A DNA stretch of 64,000 bases from an uncultured Acidimicrobiales bacterium (GTDB taxonomy: Bacteria; Actinomycetota; Acidimicrobiia; Acidimicrobiales; VFJN01). A program made the position numbers and the translations under genes. Positions within the stretch are counted from its first letter, which is position 1. Each line of letters starts with the position of its first letter. The stretch is from the NCBI GenBank assembly GCA_963735375.1, contig CAVTKS010000006.1:1343099-1407098 (forward strand), in the 5' to 3' direction. Positions 41,617 to 50,844 of this stretch are shown here, piece by piece. Below the pieces are notes generated by a model. That model was not told the origin of the DNA and did no database searches. It was given only the letters and a program-made list of their open reading frames with translations.

Positions 41617-42210
41617 GTGAGCTTGATCATCCCGACCGCGCAGAACGCCTCCGTCGTCAGCCCCACGCACGAGATCTTCAACCGGCTCCTCCGTGAGCGC
41701 ATCATCTTCCTCGGTAGCGAGGTCGACGACGATCTCGCCAACGTCATCTGTGCGCAGCTGCTGCACCTGGCCGGCGACGACTCGGACCAGGACGTGTGGC
41801 TGTACATCAACAGCCCCGGCGGGTCGGTGACCGCCGGCATGGCGATCTACGACACGATGCACTTCATCGAGCCCGACGTCGCCACCGTGTGCATGGGCCT
41901 CGGGGCGTCGATGGGCCAGTTCCTGCTGTGCGCCGGCGCCAAGGGCAAGCGCTACGCCCTGCCCCATGCCCGCATCATGATGCACCAGCCCTCAGGCGGG
42001 TTCCGGGGCCAAGCGGCCGACATCGCCATCCAGGCCGAGCAGCTCCTGTACGTCAAGCAGCTCATGGCCGAGCGCATCGCCTTCCACACGGGCCAGACCG
42101 TCGACCAGATCTCGGAGGACTCCGAGCGCGACCGCTGGTTCACGGCCGAGCAGGCCAAGGACTACGGCATCATCGACAACGTGATCGTCAAGCGCGGAGA
42201 GATGATTTAG
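41617..42210 (+). CDS. clpP: ATP-dependent Clp protease proteolytic subunit (single copy here)
   Basis: 197 aa. Catalytic Ser in [11 protein letters not shown], His in MMHQPSGG, Asp in ERDRWF. Confidence 0.93.
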   Translation: MSLIIPTAQNASVVSPTHEIFNRLLRERIIFLGSEVDDDLANVICAQLLHLAGDDSDQDVWLYINSPGGSVTAGMAIYDTMHFIEPDVATVCMGLGASMGQFLLCAGAKGKRYALPHARIMMHQPSGGFRGQAADIAIQAEQLLYVKQLMAERIAFHTGQTVDQISEDSERDRWFTAEQAKDYGIIDNVIVKRGEMI

Positions 42211-42218
42211 CCCGCAGA

Positions 42219-42917
42219 TCACGGGGCGGTGGCGAGACTCCGCAACTCGGTCACGGCGTGCTCGAGGCCGAGCGGGTCGCGGTAGAGCGCCGACCCGGCG
42301 ACCAGGACGTTCGCACCTGCCCGCGCCGCGCCTTGCACGGTCGCCGGGCTGATGCCGCCGTCGACTTCGAGGTCGCAGTCATGGTCACCATCGGTGATCA
42401 TGCGCCTGATCTGCGCGATCTTGGGCTCCATCGTGGCGAGGTAGTCCTGCCCGCCGAAGCCGGGGTTCACGGTCATGACGAGCACGATCGAACAGAGGTC
42501 GAGCACGTTGGCGACTGCCTCGGCGGGCGTGGCCGGGTTGAGCGCCACGCCGGCCTTGGCGCCGAGCTCGCGCACCCGGCCCAGCGACCGGTGCAGATGG
42601 CGGGTCGATTCGGCGTGCACGAGCAGCAGCCCGCACCCGGCGTCGACGTAGCGAGGCATGAGGGCGTCGGGCTGATCGACCATCAGATGAGCCTCGAACG
42701 GGACCGTGGCGTGCGGCCGGCACGCGGCGATCACGTCGGGCCCGAACGTCAGGTTCGGCACGAAGCGACCGTCCATGACGTCCCACTGGATGCGGTCGAC
42801 GCCGGCCTTCTCGAGCGCCGCCACCTCATCCCCCAGCCGGGAGAAGTCGGCCGGGAGCACCGACGGGGCGATCTCGATGGGGCGCGGGGACGCGGGTGGG
42901 GTGCGGGGGGTGTCCAC
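42219..42917 (-). CDS. rpe: ribulose-phosphate 3-epimerase
   Basis: 232 aa: IAPSVLPADFSRLG...DVMDGRFVPNLTFGP...HLMV...VMTVNPGFGGQ. Confidence 0.95.
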   Translation of the reverse strand: MDTPRTPPASPRPIEIAPSVLPADFSRLGDEVAALEKAGVDRIQWDVMDGRFVPNLTFGPDVIAACRPHATVPFEAHLMVDQPDALMPRYVDAGCGLLLVHAESTRHLHRSLGRVRELGAKAGVALNPATPAEAVANVLDLCSIVLVMTVNPGFGGQDYLATMEPKIAQIRRMITDGDHDCDLEVDGGISPATVQGAARAGANVLVAGSALYRDPLGLEHAVTELRSLATAP

Positions 42918-42939
42918 GTGGCCATCCTAGGGTGAGGTC

Positions 42940-44208
42940 GTGACCAGCCCCGTTGCCGACGTTCGCATCACCGCAGTGGCCGTCGGGGGCGACGGCGTCG
43001 CCCGCGAACCGTCGGGCCGGGTGGTGTTCGTCGATGGTGCACTGCCGGGCGAGCTCGTGTCGGTCGAGGTCGTCGACGAGCGGCGTGACCACGCGCGTGC
43101 GGTGGTGGTCGACGTCGTCGAGCCGGCCCCCGGCCGGGTGGCGCCCCCGTGCCCGTTCGTGGCCGCAGGGTGTGGCGGATGCGGATGGCAACACGTCGAG
43201 CTGGCGACGCAGCGGTCGCTGAAGGTCGACATGGTCACCGAGGCGCTGCGCCGGCTCGGGGGCGTCGCCGATCCCGTCGTCGCCGACGGCCGTCCGCTCG
43301 CCAGCACGGGCTATCGCACCACGCTGCGGGGCGTCGCCGACCACGACGGGCGCGTCGCCCTCCGTCGGCATCACAGCCACGACCTGGTGGCTGTGCCCGG
43401 GTGTCTCGTGGCCCACCCGCTGGTCGTGGAGGTGCTCGCCGACGGTCGGTTCCCGCCCGGAGCCGAGGTGACCGTGCGCGTCGGCGCCCGGACGGGAGAG
43501 CGTCTCGTCGTGGTGGATGCCCCGGGCGGCCGCGAGCTCGATGACGACGATATCGATCACGGCGAGGTCCATCACGACGACCTCGATGCCGGCGAGGTCG
43601 CCGTGCCCGCCGGCGTGCGGGTGGTGACCGGTGCCGAGCTGGCCGCCGGGAAGCGGGCCTGGCTGCACGAGGAGGTGGCCGGCGTGCGCTTGCGCGTGTC
43701 GGCCCGGTCGTTCTTCCAGGCAGGTCCCGAGGGCGCGGAGGCGCTGGTCCAGGTGGTCGGTGCGGCGGCGGGCGAGCTGGGCGCGGGCACCCGCTTCGCG
43801 GACCTCTACGGCGGCGTCGGCCTCTTCGCCACGACGGTTGGCCGCCGGGCCCGGGTCGAGCTGGTCGAGGCAGCGGCGTCGTCGGCGGCGGATGCCCGGA
43901 TCAACCTCCGCGGGCTCGACGGCCGGGCCGTGCGCAGCGACGTGGCCCGCTGGCATCCTCGGCGCATGGACGTCGTCGTGGCCGACCCGCCGCGTGTGGG
44001 TCTCGGGCGCGGCGGCGTGCGGGCGGTGGCAGCTACCAAGGCCCGGCTACTGGTGCTGGTGAGCTGCGACGCCGGAGCGTTGGGACGTGACGCCCGGTTG
44101 CTCCGCAGCGCCGGGTACGAGCTCGCCTCGTCGACGTTGGTCGACGTGTTCCCGCACACGCCACACGTCGAGGTGGTGTCGCGCTTCGAGCGCCGCCAGG
44201 GCCGGTGA
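42940..44208 (+). CDS. TRAM-domain RNA (uracil-5)-methyltransferase, RlmD/RumA/TrmA family
   Basis: 422 aa with an N-terminal TRAM domain, the Fe-S Cys cluster CPFVAAGCGGCGWQH, a C-terminal SAM fold, and the conserved DPPR motif and catalytic Cys region (VADPPRVG...LVLVSCD). Confidence 0.85.
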   Translation: MTSPVADVRITAVAVGGDGVAREPSGRVVFVDGALPGELVSVEVVDERRDHARAVVVDVVEPAPGRVAPPCPFVAAGCGGCGWQHVELATQRSLKVDMVTEALRRLGGVADPVVADGRPLASTGYRTTLRGVADHDGRVALRRHHSHDLVAVPGCLVAHPLVVEVLADGRFPPGAEVTVRVGARTGERLVVVDAPGGRELDDDDIDHGEVHHDDLDAGEVAVPAGVRVVTGAELAAGKRAWLHEEVAGVRLRVSARSFFQAGPEGAEALVQVVGAAAGELGAGTRFADLYGGVGLFATTVGRRARVELVEAAASSAADARINLRGLDGRAVRSDVARWHPRRMDVVVADPPRVGLGRGGVRAVAATKARLLVLVSCDAGALGRDARLLRSAGYELASSTLVDVFPHTPHVEVVSRFERRQGR

Positions 44209-44230
44209 CCGCCGCTCAGCCGGTCGCCGC

Positions 44231-44593
44231 TCAGCCGGTCGTCAGGCTCTGGATGTGCCCCTGTACCCGGTCGAGGGTGCCGTCCTCGATGCAGCCCTGC
44301 AACCGCTTGCGGCCGTTCGTGCCGATCGCCGGCTCGATCGAGACCGTGAAGCCGCCCTCGGCGGCGACCGTCGGTCCCGACGTGTCACCGGAGACGGTCG
44401 CGGCGCACACGGCCCACAGCGCCTGCGCGGCCTCCATGTCCGTGCCGCTGTAGTCGCGGGTGCCGACGTCGAAGTTGACGAAGGTCGCGGTGCCGTCGAC
44501 CACCGGGTCGGGCCGGTTCTGGGTCAGGTCGGCCAGACTGCCGACACCCACGATCCCGGCCACGGCGAGCACGAGCGCACCGACGGCCTTCAC
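44231..44593 (-). CDS. small exported/anchored protein of unknown function (120 aa)
   Basis: GTG 44593 lies inside ORF 44231-45163 and overlaps the upstream stop (GTGA). N-terminal anchor VKAVGALVLAVAGIVGVGS. Two Cys residues. Confidence 0.6.
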   Translation of the reverse strand: MKAVGALVLAVAGIVGVGSLADLTQNRPDPVVDGTATFVNFDVGTRDYSGTDMEAAQALWAVCAATVSGDTSGPTVAAEGGFTVSIEPAIGTNGRKRLQGCIEDGTLDRVQGHIQSLTTG

Positions 44594-45111
44594 TGCTGCC
44601 TCCAGACCGGCCCGCGCAGCAGGTCGAGCGGGGCGCGCTCGGCGGTGGCGAACCCGTTGGCCGGCAACGTCAGCCCGTCGAGCTGCGACGCCAGGCCGCG
44701 CTCGGCGGCCGGGGCCAACGTTGCCCGGGCCACGCGCTCGACGATCCACGCGATGCCGGACAGCAGCACGCCCGCGCCCATGAGCACCGGGACGAACACG
44801 TTCATCTGCTCCGGGCGGGACAGCCAGGCGAAGTTGGCCCGAGCCGGCGGGGCGCTCGACCGGATGCGCTCGAGGCGGACGGTCTGCGCCGACGTCGTCT
44901 GCGGCGTCTCCTGGGCGTCGAGCCGCTCGCTGATGACCTTGAGCCGCTGGGCGAGCAGCGACCCCATGACCGCCACCTCGGCGGCCACGAAGATCGCCGC
45001 CGACATGAGCGCCCGGTTCCACTCCCACCGGTACAGATACACGAAGGTGTAGGTGCCCGACGCCGCCAGTGTGGCGCCGCCGAGCAGTGCGCGGATCATG
45101 CGGGCGTTCAT
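44590..45111 (-). CDS. membrane protein of unknown function (173 aa, about 3 TM)
   Basis: Its ATG overlaps the stop of the PEP-utilising enzyme gene (ATGA). Confidence 0.65.
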   Translation of the reverse strand: MNARMIRALLGGATLAASGTYTFVYLYRWEWNRALMSAAIFVAAEVAVMGSLLAQRLKVISERLDAQETPQTTSAQTVRLERIRSSAPPARANFAWLSRPEQMNVFVPVLMGAGVLLSGIAWIVERVARATLAPAAERGLASQLDGLTLPANGFATAERAPLDLLRGPVWRQQ

Positions 45112-47357
45112 CGTCGGGCTCCGATCGGGATGATGGTGCCGCCGGCGGTGCCGGGCGAGGCATCGTCGTCGTCTGTCAGGTCGACGACCGCTCGGGGCGG
45201 CAGGGACACGACCGTGGTGTCGTCGGCTGCGTCGTCCGACATGTCGGCCGGCTGGTCGTCCTGGCCGTCGGGCCGGTCTCCGGCGCCGTCGACCACGGTC
45301 ACCGTGCCGATGGTGCCGTCGACCTCGACCACCTGACCGTCGCGGTAGCGCTCGGTCGCCCCGACATGACCGACCACGGTCGGCACGCCGTGCTCGCGGG
45401 CGAGGATGGCAAGGTGGCTGAGCGGGCTGCCCGTCTCGGCCACGAGCCCCGACAGCCGGGGGATGACCGTGGCCAGCCGCGGGTCGAGGTGCGTGACCAC
45501 GAGCACGGCGCCCAGGGGCGGGTCGTCGCCCACGTGCACCGGCCCCGACCCGGCGCCGCCGCCGGCACCGACCCCACCCGGCCCGGCGGTCGGGGGAGCG
45601 ACCGCCACCGGGGTGTTGTCGGGGGTGAGGCGGAACTGGGCCGGCAGCGCCCGCGGGGCGGTGGTCGCCGGGTCAGGGCGCGTGTGCAGGTCGGCGGGGA
45701 CCGTGCGCGTCGTGGCGGCCGCCCGCAGCTCGTCGACGCCCAGGCGGCGCACCGCCCGCTGGTCGGGCAGCACGCCGACGCACACGAGCCGGTGCCCGAG
45801 CTGCCAGGCGGCGCGGGCGGTGAGCTCCTGGACCCAGCGGGCCCGCAGTCGCAGCGCCTCGCGCACGACCGCCTCGTCGGACGTGGGCTGGCTCACGGGC
45901 GGCACGGTCGCCGCGCCGGAGCGGAGGTCGATCGTGGCCGGGGGAGCGGCCGCGAACGTCGGGTCACCGCCGATGCGAGGTGGCGCGAGCGCCAGGACCA
46001 CGGGGTTGGTCTCGACGAGCTCGTCGATGTCGACGCCCTCCGCACGGGCCTCGGCCAGCGCCGACAGCGCCAGCGAGGCGGCGGAGGCGCCCTCGCCGGT
46101 GTCGGGCACCAACATCCCGGCCAGCGCCTCGTAGCCGTGGAGCGCACGAAGCGCGGTGCGCCCGTTGTCGAGCACCGCCAGCAGCGCGGCGTTCGACAGG
46201 TCGTCGATCCGCGGGACGGCGGCCAGGTCGCGGTCGACCTGCTCCACGACGTCGCGCGCCAGACCGGGAAGCGCCCGGCCCAGGCGTCCGGTCCGCCATG
46301 CTGCGCCCAACCGACGGGCGGGCGGGCGGGGATCGAGCCGCCGAAGCAGCCGGTGGCGCACCGGGGCGACCCCGAGGTGGGCGAGGTCGGCGACGGCCCA
46401 CCCGTCGATCTCACGGACGACGGCCGATCGGCGCAGCGCCCGGGCCGAGGCGGTGCCGGTGAGCAGCAGCGCCTGTTCGAGGCCCTCGCCCAGCGGGGCG
46501 AGCCACAGGTCGGACTCGAGCCGGCTGAGCGGCTCGGGGAACGTCTCCGCCAACGGGCCGGCGCCGAGGACGTTGCCGCGTGCCCGACCGGTCGGCGTGG
46601 TGATGGGACGGCTCTGCAGCAGCCAGACGGTCCCGTCGTGGTCGACGGCCCACTCGATGTCCTGGGGACCGCCGAAGGCGTCGCTCGCCCGCGCGGCGAG
46701 CCGGGCCAGCGCCCGCAAGGCGACGCGGGGGAGGGGGATCTCGTCGCCGCCCCGGTTCTCGAGCACCCGGCCGCGCGGCGAGAGCACGGCCGTCCACCCG
46801 TCGTCGAGGCCGCTCACCAGGCTGTCGGGGCCACCTTCGACGGCGGACACCAGCAGCCGGTCGGTGCGGCCGGACACCGGATCGGCACCGAACAGCACCC
46901 CACCCCAGCGCGGCTCGAGCTGCGGCTGGACCAACACCGCCATGCGGGCATCGGGCACGTCGGCGAGACGGCCGGAGTCGAGCACCCGGTCGACGGCGTC
47001 GACGAAGCTCGTCCAGTCGGTGACGTCGAGCACCGACGTGAACACACCGGCCATGGACGATGTGCCGCCGTCCTCGTTGGTCGACGACGAGCGGACCACG
47101 AGCGGCCGCTCACCCTCGTTGCCGAGCGTGCGCCAGGCGGCACGCGCCGGGCCGGGACGGTCGAGGCGCGAGGGGTGTGACCAGCCGCGATGGTCCCAGT
47201 CGGTCGTGAGGACGGCGCCCGGAAGCACCGGCAGGCCGGCACGATGTGCCCGTGCGAGGTTGGCGGCCTTGGCGCCGACGAGCGATCCGTCCGTCGCACC
47301 GGCATCGGTGAGATCGACCAGGTCAGGGCGTCGGAGAGTAGGGGGATACGTCTCCAT
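45108..47357 (-). CDS. PEP-utilising enzyme: PPDK_N-type ATP-grasp N-domain + central domain + C-terminal swivel phosphohistidine domain (PpsA/rifampin-phosphotransferase-like architecture)
   Basis: 749 aa. N-terminus SLVGAKAANLARAHRAGLPVLPG...VVRSSSTNEDG...DIEWAV. C-terminus LVAETGSPLSHLAILAREHGVPTVVG contains the catalytic His. Confidence 0.85.
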   Translation of the reverse strand: METYPPTLRRPDLVDLTDAGATDGSLVGAKAANLARAHRAGLPVLPGAVLTTDWDHRGWSHPSRLDRPGPARAAWRTLGNEGERPLVVRSSSTNEDGGTSSMAGVFTSVLDVTDWTSFVDAVDRVLDSGRLADVPDARMAVLVQPQLEPRWGGVLFGADPVSGRTDRLLVSAVEGGPDSLVSGLDDGWTAVLSPRGRVLENRGGDEIPLPRVALRALARLAARASDAFGGPQDIEWAVDHDGTVWLLQSRPITTPTGRARGNVLGAGPLAETFPEPLSRLESDLWLAPLGEGLEQALLLTGTASARALRRSAVVREIDGWAVADLAHLGVAPVRHRLLRRLDPRPPARRLGAAWRTGRLGRALPGLARDVVEQVDRDLAAVPRIDDLSNAALLAVLDNGRTALRALHGYEALAGMLVPDTGEGASAASLALSALAEARAEGVDIDELVETNPVVLALAPPRIGGDPTFAAAPPATIDLRSGAATVPPVSQPTSDEAVVREALRLRARWVQELTARAAWQLGHRLVCVGVLPDQRAVRRLGVDELRAAATTRTVPADLHTRPDPATTAPRALPAQFRLTPDNTPVAVAPPTAGPGGVGAGGGAGSGPVHVGDDPPLGAVLVVTHLDPRLATVIPRLSGLVAETGSPLSHLAILAREHGVPTVVGHVGATERYRDGQVVEVDGTIGTVTVVDGAGDRPDGQDDQPADMSDDAADDTTVVSLPPRAVVDLTDDDDASPGTAGGTIIPIGARR

Positions 47358-47580
47358 GGCGCCACGATGGCGGGGGTCGCTTGCACGCTGGTTGCCGCCC
47401 GCTTGCAGCCAACTGGTACCGGCCCAGCAGCGGTTGTGCGGGCCCGCGGACCCGGTGTCGGCGGGCCCTCTCGCCGCGCTCGCCGAACGGCCGCCGGCCG
47501 GCGATGCCGTCGCTCTGTGGCGGCACCACTCGGCCGTGGCCGTCCGGGCGTTCCTCGAGGACCTCGGATCGAGCTGGTAA
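47356..47580 (+). CDS. possible small ORF (74 aa) filling the 226-bp gap
   Basis: ATG 47356 shares a CCATGG with the divergent start at 47357. It lies in the frame of ORF 46156-47580, has high GC3 and ends with TAA. No homology recognised. Confidence 0.25.
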   Translation: MAPRWRGSLARWLPPACSQLVPAQQRLCGPADPVSAGPLAALAERPPAGDAVALWRHHSAVAVRAFLEDLGSSW

Positions 47581-47583
47581 CGG

Positions 47584-47979
47584 TCAGTTGTACGTGCTGT
47601 CGAACTCCTCGGTGTTGGCCGTCAACGCCCAGATGACCAGCACGTTGATGCCGAGCACGGCCAGCGCCCACAACGGGTAGGCGAAGATCATGAACACGGA
47701 CAGCGACGCCCCGATGAAGGCCCACACCAGGCCGAGCATCTGCCCGACCGGGCTGCGGCTGTAGATCAGCCAGGCCGTCACGAGCTGGACGACGCCGAGG
47801 ATCAGCCAGAACCACCCCCAGGCCGTGATGTTGATGTCGAAGAGCACCTGACCGATCGCCTCGGTCTGATCGTCCTCGGCGATCGCGGCGATGCCGCTCA
47901 GGATGTTGTAGAAGCCCACGATGCCGGCGAGCAGCGCTGCGAACGTGACCCACCCACTTCGGACCTGTGTCGTTGCCAT
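47584..47979 (-). CDS. small 4-TM integral membrane protein (resembles the actinobacterial DUF7144-type family)
   Basis: ATG 47979 follows a GGGAGG Shine-Dalgarno motif, inside ORF 47584-48063. W-rich TM helices (ITAWGWFWLILGVVQLVTAWLIY). Confidence 0.75.
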   Translation of the reverse strand: MATTQVRSGWVTFAALLAGIVGFYNILSGIAAIAEDDQTEAIGQVLFDINITAWGWFWLILGVVQLVTAWLIYSRSPVGQMLGLVWAFIGASLSVFMIFAYPLWALAVLGINVLVIWALTANTEEFDSTYN

Positions 47980-48082
47980 GGCAGACGGACCTCCCTGACA
48001 CGTCGCGCACGGACGGCGCAACACCACACGGATCGTCGGGCCTGCCGCACGTTGCGGGATCACCCGCGCGGGGTGAGCCTGG

Positions 48083-49552
48083 TCAGGGGATCGGGGCGGC
48101 CGAGCATGCCAGGGCCACCACCCGGTCGAAGCCGGGGCCGCCGTCGGCCAGGAGACCGCTGCCGGTCGTGGCGGCGCCCACGAGCGCCTCCGCGTCGACG
48201 ACGGGGCGCCCGGAGGACAGGGCGTCGCGGTCGAGCACCACCACTGTGACGTCGTCCGCGGTCACCTCGACGCCCTCGACCCAGGGCGCAAGCTGGTTGT
48301 GGACGGCGGCGGCGGCCGTCGCGAGGTCGGCTGCGCCGGGCACGCCACCGTCCACCGCGAGGCGGGCGACGTCCGGGGCGTCGGCGGGGTTGGCGGCCGT
48401 GTAGGTGGCCCGCCAGGTCAGATCCTGTCGATCGGAGAGGCAGCCCGACGCCGCATGGAGCTCGGCGGCGACCAGATCGTCGCGGACCCGGTCGATGTTG
48501 TCCCGTAGGCGGGCGGGGGCCCAGGCCAGGCCGTCGGCCCCGGCCATCCGCCCCGCGTCGGCACGGGGGACGACCGCGATCACGAGCGCCGCGACCAGCA
48601 CGGTCGTCGCGGCCAGCGCCACGACCACCGGCCGCCCGACATGGCCGGCCGCCCGCCGTATGAGGGCGGCACGGCGCTGATGGGCCTCACCGACCCCGGC
48701 GACGAGTGTGAAGCACACGATGGCGGCGGCCGTGCGAGGCCCGTGCGCCCACACGCCGAGCCGGCCCGCGACGAACGCTCCGTCGGTGCCCTGGTCGACG
48801 ATCCACCATGCCGCACAGGCGAGGCCCGGCAGCACCACGGCCAGGAGAGCGGTGCGGGCGGCGATCACAGGGAACCAGACCGCCGACCGGGGACGCAGCC
48901 ACGACAACACCCGCCGGGTCGCCCGCCGCAGGAGGCCGCGCCGGGCACCGTGGTGGGCGAGCGACCGGGCCGTCGCCCCGGCCACCACCGCGACCGCCAC
49001 GACGAACAGCCACACCCACGGCGAGACGAACGCCCCCGTCGCCACGGCCAGCGCCAGCAGGTCGAGCAGGTAGTGGTCGATCGTCCGCGACGACTCGACG
49101 CTCGCGACCACCGTCGCAGCCTGGGTGGCCGGTGCAGCCGGCGTCGCGGGATCCGGCGGCGGAGGCGGCGTCGACGGAGGCGCTGCGGGTGGCGGCGGCG
49201 GAGCGCTCGGGCCAGGCGCCGCCATCTCGTCGACGAGATCGTCGAGCGGCGGGGCGACCGCTGTGTCGTCCCGGGTCGGTGGGCGTCCGCGAAGGATCGC
49301 GTCCGGGCGGAGCGGGGCCCCGTCCTCCGCCGGCCCGCGGACGGGCGTGTCGTCGGCCGGTCGTGGGTCGTCGAGGCCGGGGTCGAGGTTGAGTGCGGCG
49401 AAGGCCCGGACGGCAGCAGATTCGCGCTCACTGAGCCCGTCGTCCGGCTCGATGTCGATGCCCAGGCGCGCCACCCGATCGAACGCCCTGGTCAGGCGCT
49501 CGTCGTTGTGGTCGGCCGTCAGGCTCGACTCGACATCCTCCGCAGAGCTCAT
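48083..49552 (-). CDS. multi-TM membrane protein of unknown function, with an acidic/Pro-rich cytoplasmic N-terminus and a ~170-aa C-terminal domain
   Basis: ATG 49552 follows GGGGGGAAG, inside ORF 48083-49636. Confidence 0.7.
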   Translation of the reverse strand: MSSAEDVESSLTADHNDERLTRAFDRVARLGIDIEPDDGLSERESAAVRAFAALNLDPGLDDPRPADDTPVRGPAEDGAPLRPDAILRGRPPTRDDTAVAPPLDDLVDEMAAPGPSAPPPPPAAPPSTPPPPPDPATPAAPATQAATVVASVESSRTIDHYLLDLLALAVATGAFVSPWVWLFVVAVAVVAGATARSLAHHGARRGLLRRATRRVLSWLRPRSAVWFPVIAARTALLAVVLPGLACAAWWIVDQGTDGAFVAGRLGVWAHGPRTAAAIVCFTLVAGVGEAHQRRAALIRRAAGHVGRPVVVALAATTVLVAALVIAVVPRADAGRMAGADGLAWAPARLRDNIDRVRDDLVAAELHAASGCLSDRQDLTWRATYTAANPADAPDVARLAVDGGVPGAADLATAAAAVHNQLAPWVEGVEVTADDVTVVVLDRDALSSGRPVVDAEALVGAATTGSGLLADGGPGFDRVVALACSAAPIP

Positions 49553-49662
49553 GGACTTCCCCCCAGACCGCCCACGGCACGGCTCAACGCGTGGTGCGGA
49601 GATTGTGCACGACCTTGCCCCTCGGCGCCGGATCAACCGTCGCGATCGAGGGACGCGTGCGG

Positions 49663-50844
49663 CTAACCCTGCGCGGCCCCCCGTCCGTGGTCGGCCGGCA
49701 CGGCCGGGATGTGTAGTTCGGACGGCTCGGGCTCCGGGGGCGACGGATGGTCGGGCGTCGCCGGCCTGTCATCGGCCGGACCGTGCCCCGGTGAGGCTGG
49801 CCCAGGCGTCGACACGACGCGCCAAGACTCGCGCTCCGGGGTCTGGTCGTCGGGCGTCGGATCGACCGTCGCCGGCACGGGGTGCGGGTCAGACGACGTC
49901 GGGGCGGGGTCGATCGGTGCGGGGCCGATCGGTGCGGGGTCGATCGGTGCGGGGTCGATCGGTGCGGGGTCGACGGGTGCGGGGTCGACGGGTGCGGGGT
50001 CGATCGGTGCGGGGTCGACGGGTGCGGGGTCGACGGGCGCGGGGTCGATCGGTGCGGGGTCGACGGCGGTGTCAGACGACGTCGGCGCGGGGTCAACCGG
50101 TGCCGGGTCGGCGGGCTCGGCGGGCGCGGGCTCGGCGGGCACCGGCTCGGCGGGCACCGGCTCGGCGGGCACCGGCTCGGGAGTGGTCGCCGCGGCCACC
50201 GGCTCGACATGTGCCTGCTCCACGGGCGCTGGCTCGACAGGCGGCACGAGTCCCGGTGCCTCGGTCGCTGCCACGGCGACCGCCGCCCCCTCCGGCGGCG
50301 CTACCGGGGCGTCCTCATATGCCTGGACCGGAGGGTGCGTGCAGTCGACCGGGTCATGCCGGCAGGCCGTCGATTCGGGCGAATCCTCGGGGCTGGCCTC
50401 CACGGTCGCCACCACCGCGGGAGCGAGGCGCTCCTCGATCATCGGGAACACGTGGTCGTTGAGCGCAGGCACCATCATCGTGGCCGCCACCGTGGCGACG
50501 ATGCCGGTCGTCGCCGCCGCAGCGACGCCCACCATGCCGGCGGTCGTGGCGGCGGCGGCCGCCTTCATGGCCACCACGCGACCCACGGCGCGCACGCCGG
50601 GCCGGCGGGGGAGGCTGACGATCGTGGCGCCGAGGGTGGCCCGGCGCATCGTGTCGACGAGCACCGGTTCGTCGACGAGCTCGTCCGGCTCGGCCGGGCC
50701 GCGCGCCCGGCGGATGAGGGAGCACACCTCGGTGTACCAGCGTGGCGCGTCGGGGTCCCGCAGGTCGCCGTCCCAGACGCGGTCGGCGAGGCGGGCGTCG
50801 AACTGGGTCAGGTCGACCCACAGCTCGTCGTGGCGCGGGGTCAT
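49663..50844 (-). CDS. anti-sigma-factor-like membrane protein (by position) with a long Pro-rich repetitive extracytoplasmic tail
   Basis: 393 aa. ATG overlaps the ECF sigma stop (ATGA). One Ala/Thr-rich TM region. The tail holds (DPAP[IV])n and (EPVPA)n repeats. No zinc-binding anti-sigma motif is visible. Confidence 0.7.
   Translation of the reverse strand: MTPRHDELWVDLTQFDARLADRVWDGDLRDPDAPRWYTEVCSLIRRARGPAEPDELVDEPVLVDTMRRATLGATIVSLPRRPGVRAVGRVVAMKAAAAATTAGMVGVAAAATTGIVATVAATMMVPALNDHVFPMIEERLAPAVVATVEASPEDSPESTACRHDPVDCTHPPVQAYEDAPVAPPEGAAVAVAATEAPGLVPPVEPAPVEQAHVEPVAAATTPEPVPAEPVPAEPVPAEPAPAEPADPAPVDPAPTSSDTAVDPAPIDPAPVDPAPVDPAPIDPAPVDPAPVDPAPIDPAPIDPAPIGPAPIDPAPTSSDPHPVPATVDPTPDDQTPERESWRVVSTPGPASPGHGPADDRPATPDHPSPPEPEPSELHIPAVPADHGRGAAQG
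49906..50065 (-). repeat. 15-bp tandem repeat (ggggtcgatcggtgc), about 10.5 copies, encoding DPAP(I/V)
   Basis: Directly visible head-to-tail copies that alternate gatc/gacg variants. The array is flanked by a duplicated gtcagacgacgtcgg motif at 49888 and 50071. Confidence 0.9.

Noticed and set aside
49906-50065. CRISPR-like regular short repeats.
   Set aside because: The repeats are contiguous 15-bp units with no spacers. They lie in frame within a coding region as DPAP(I/V) repeats, and no cas genes are present.
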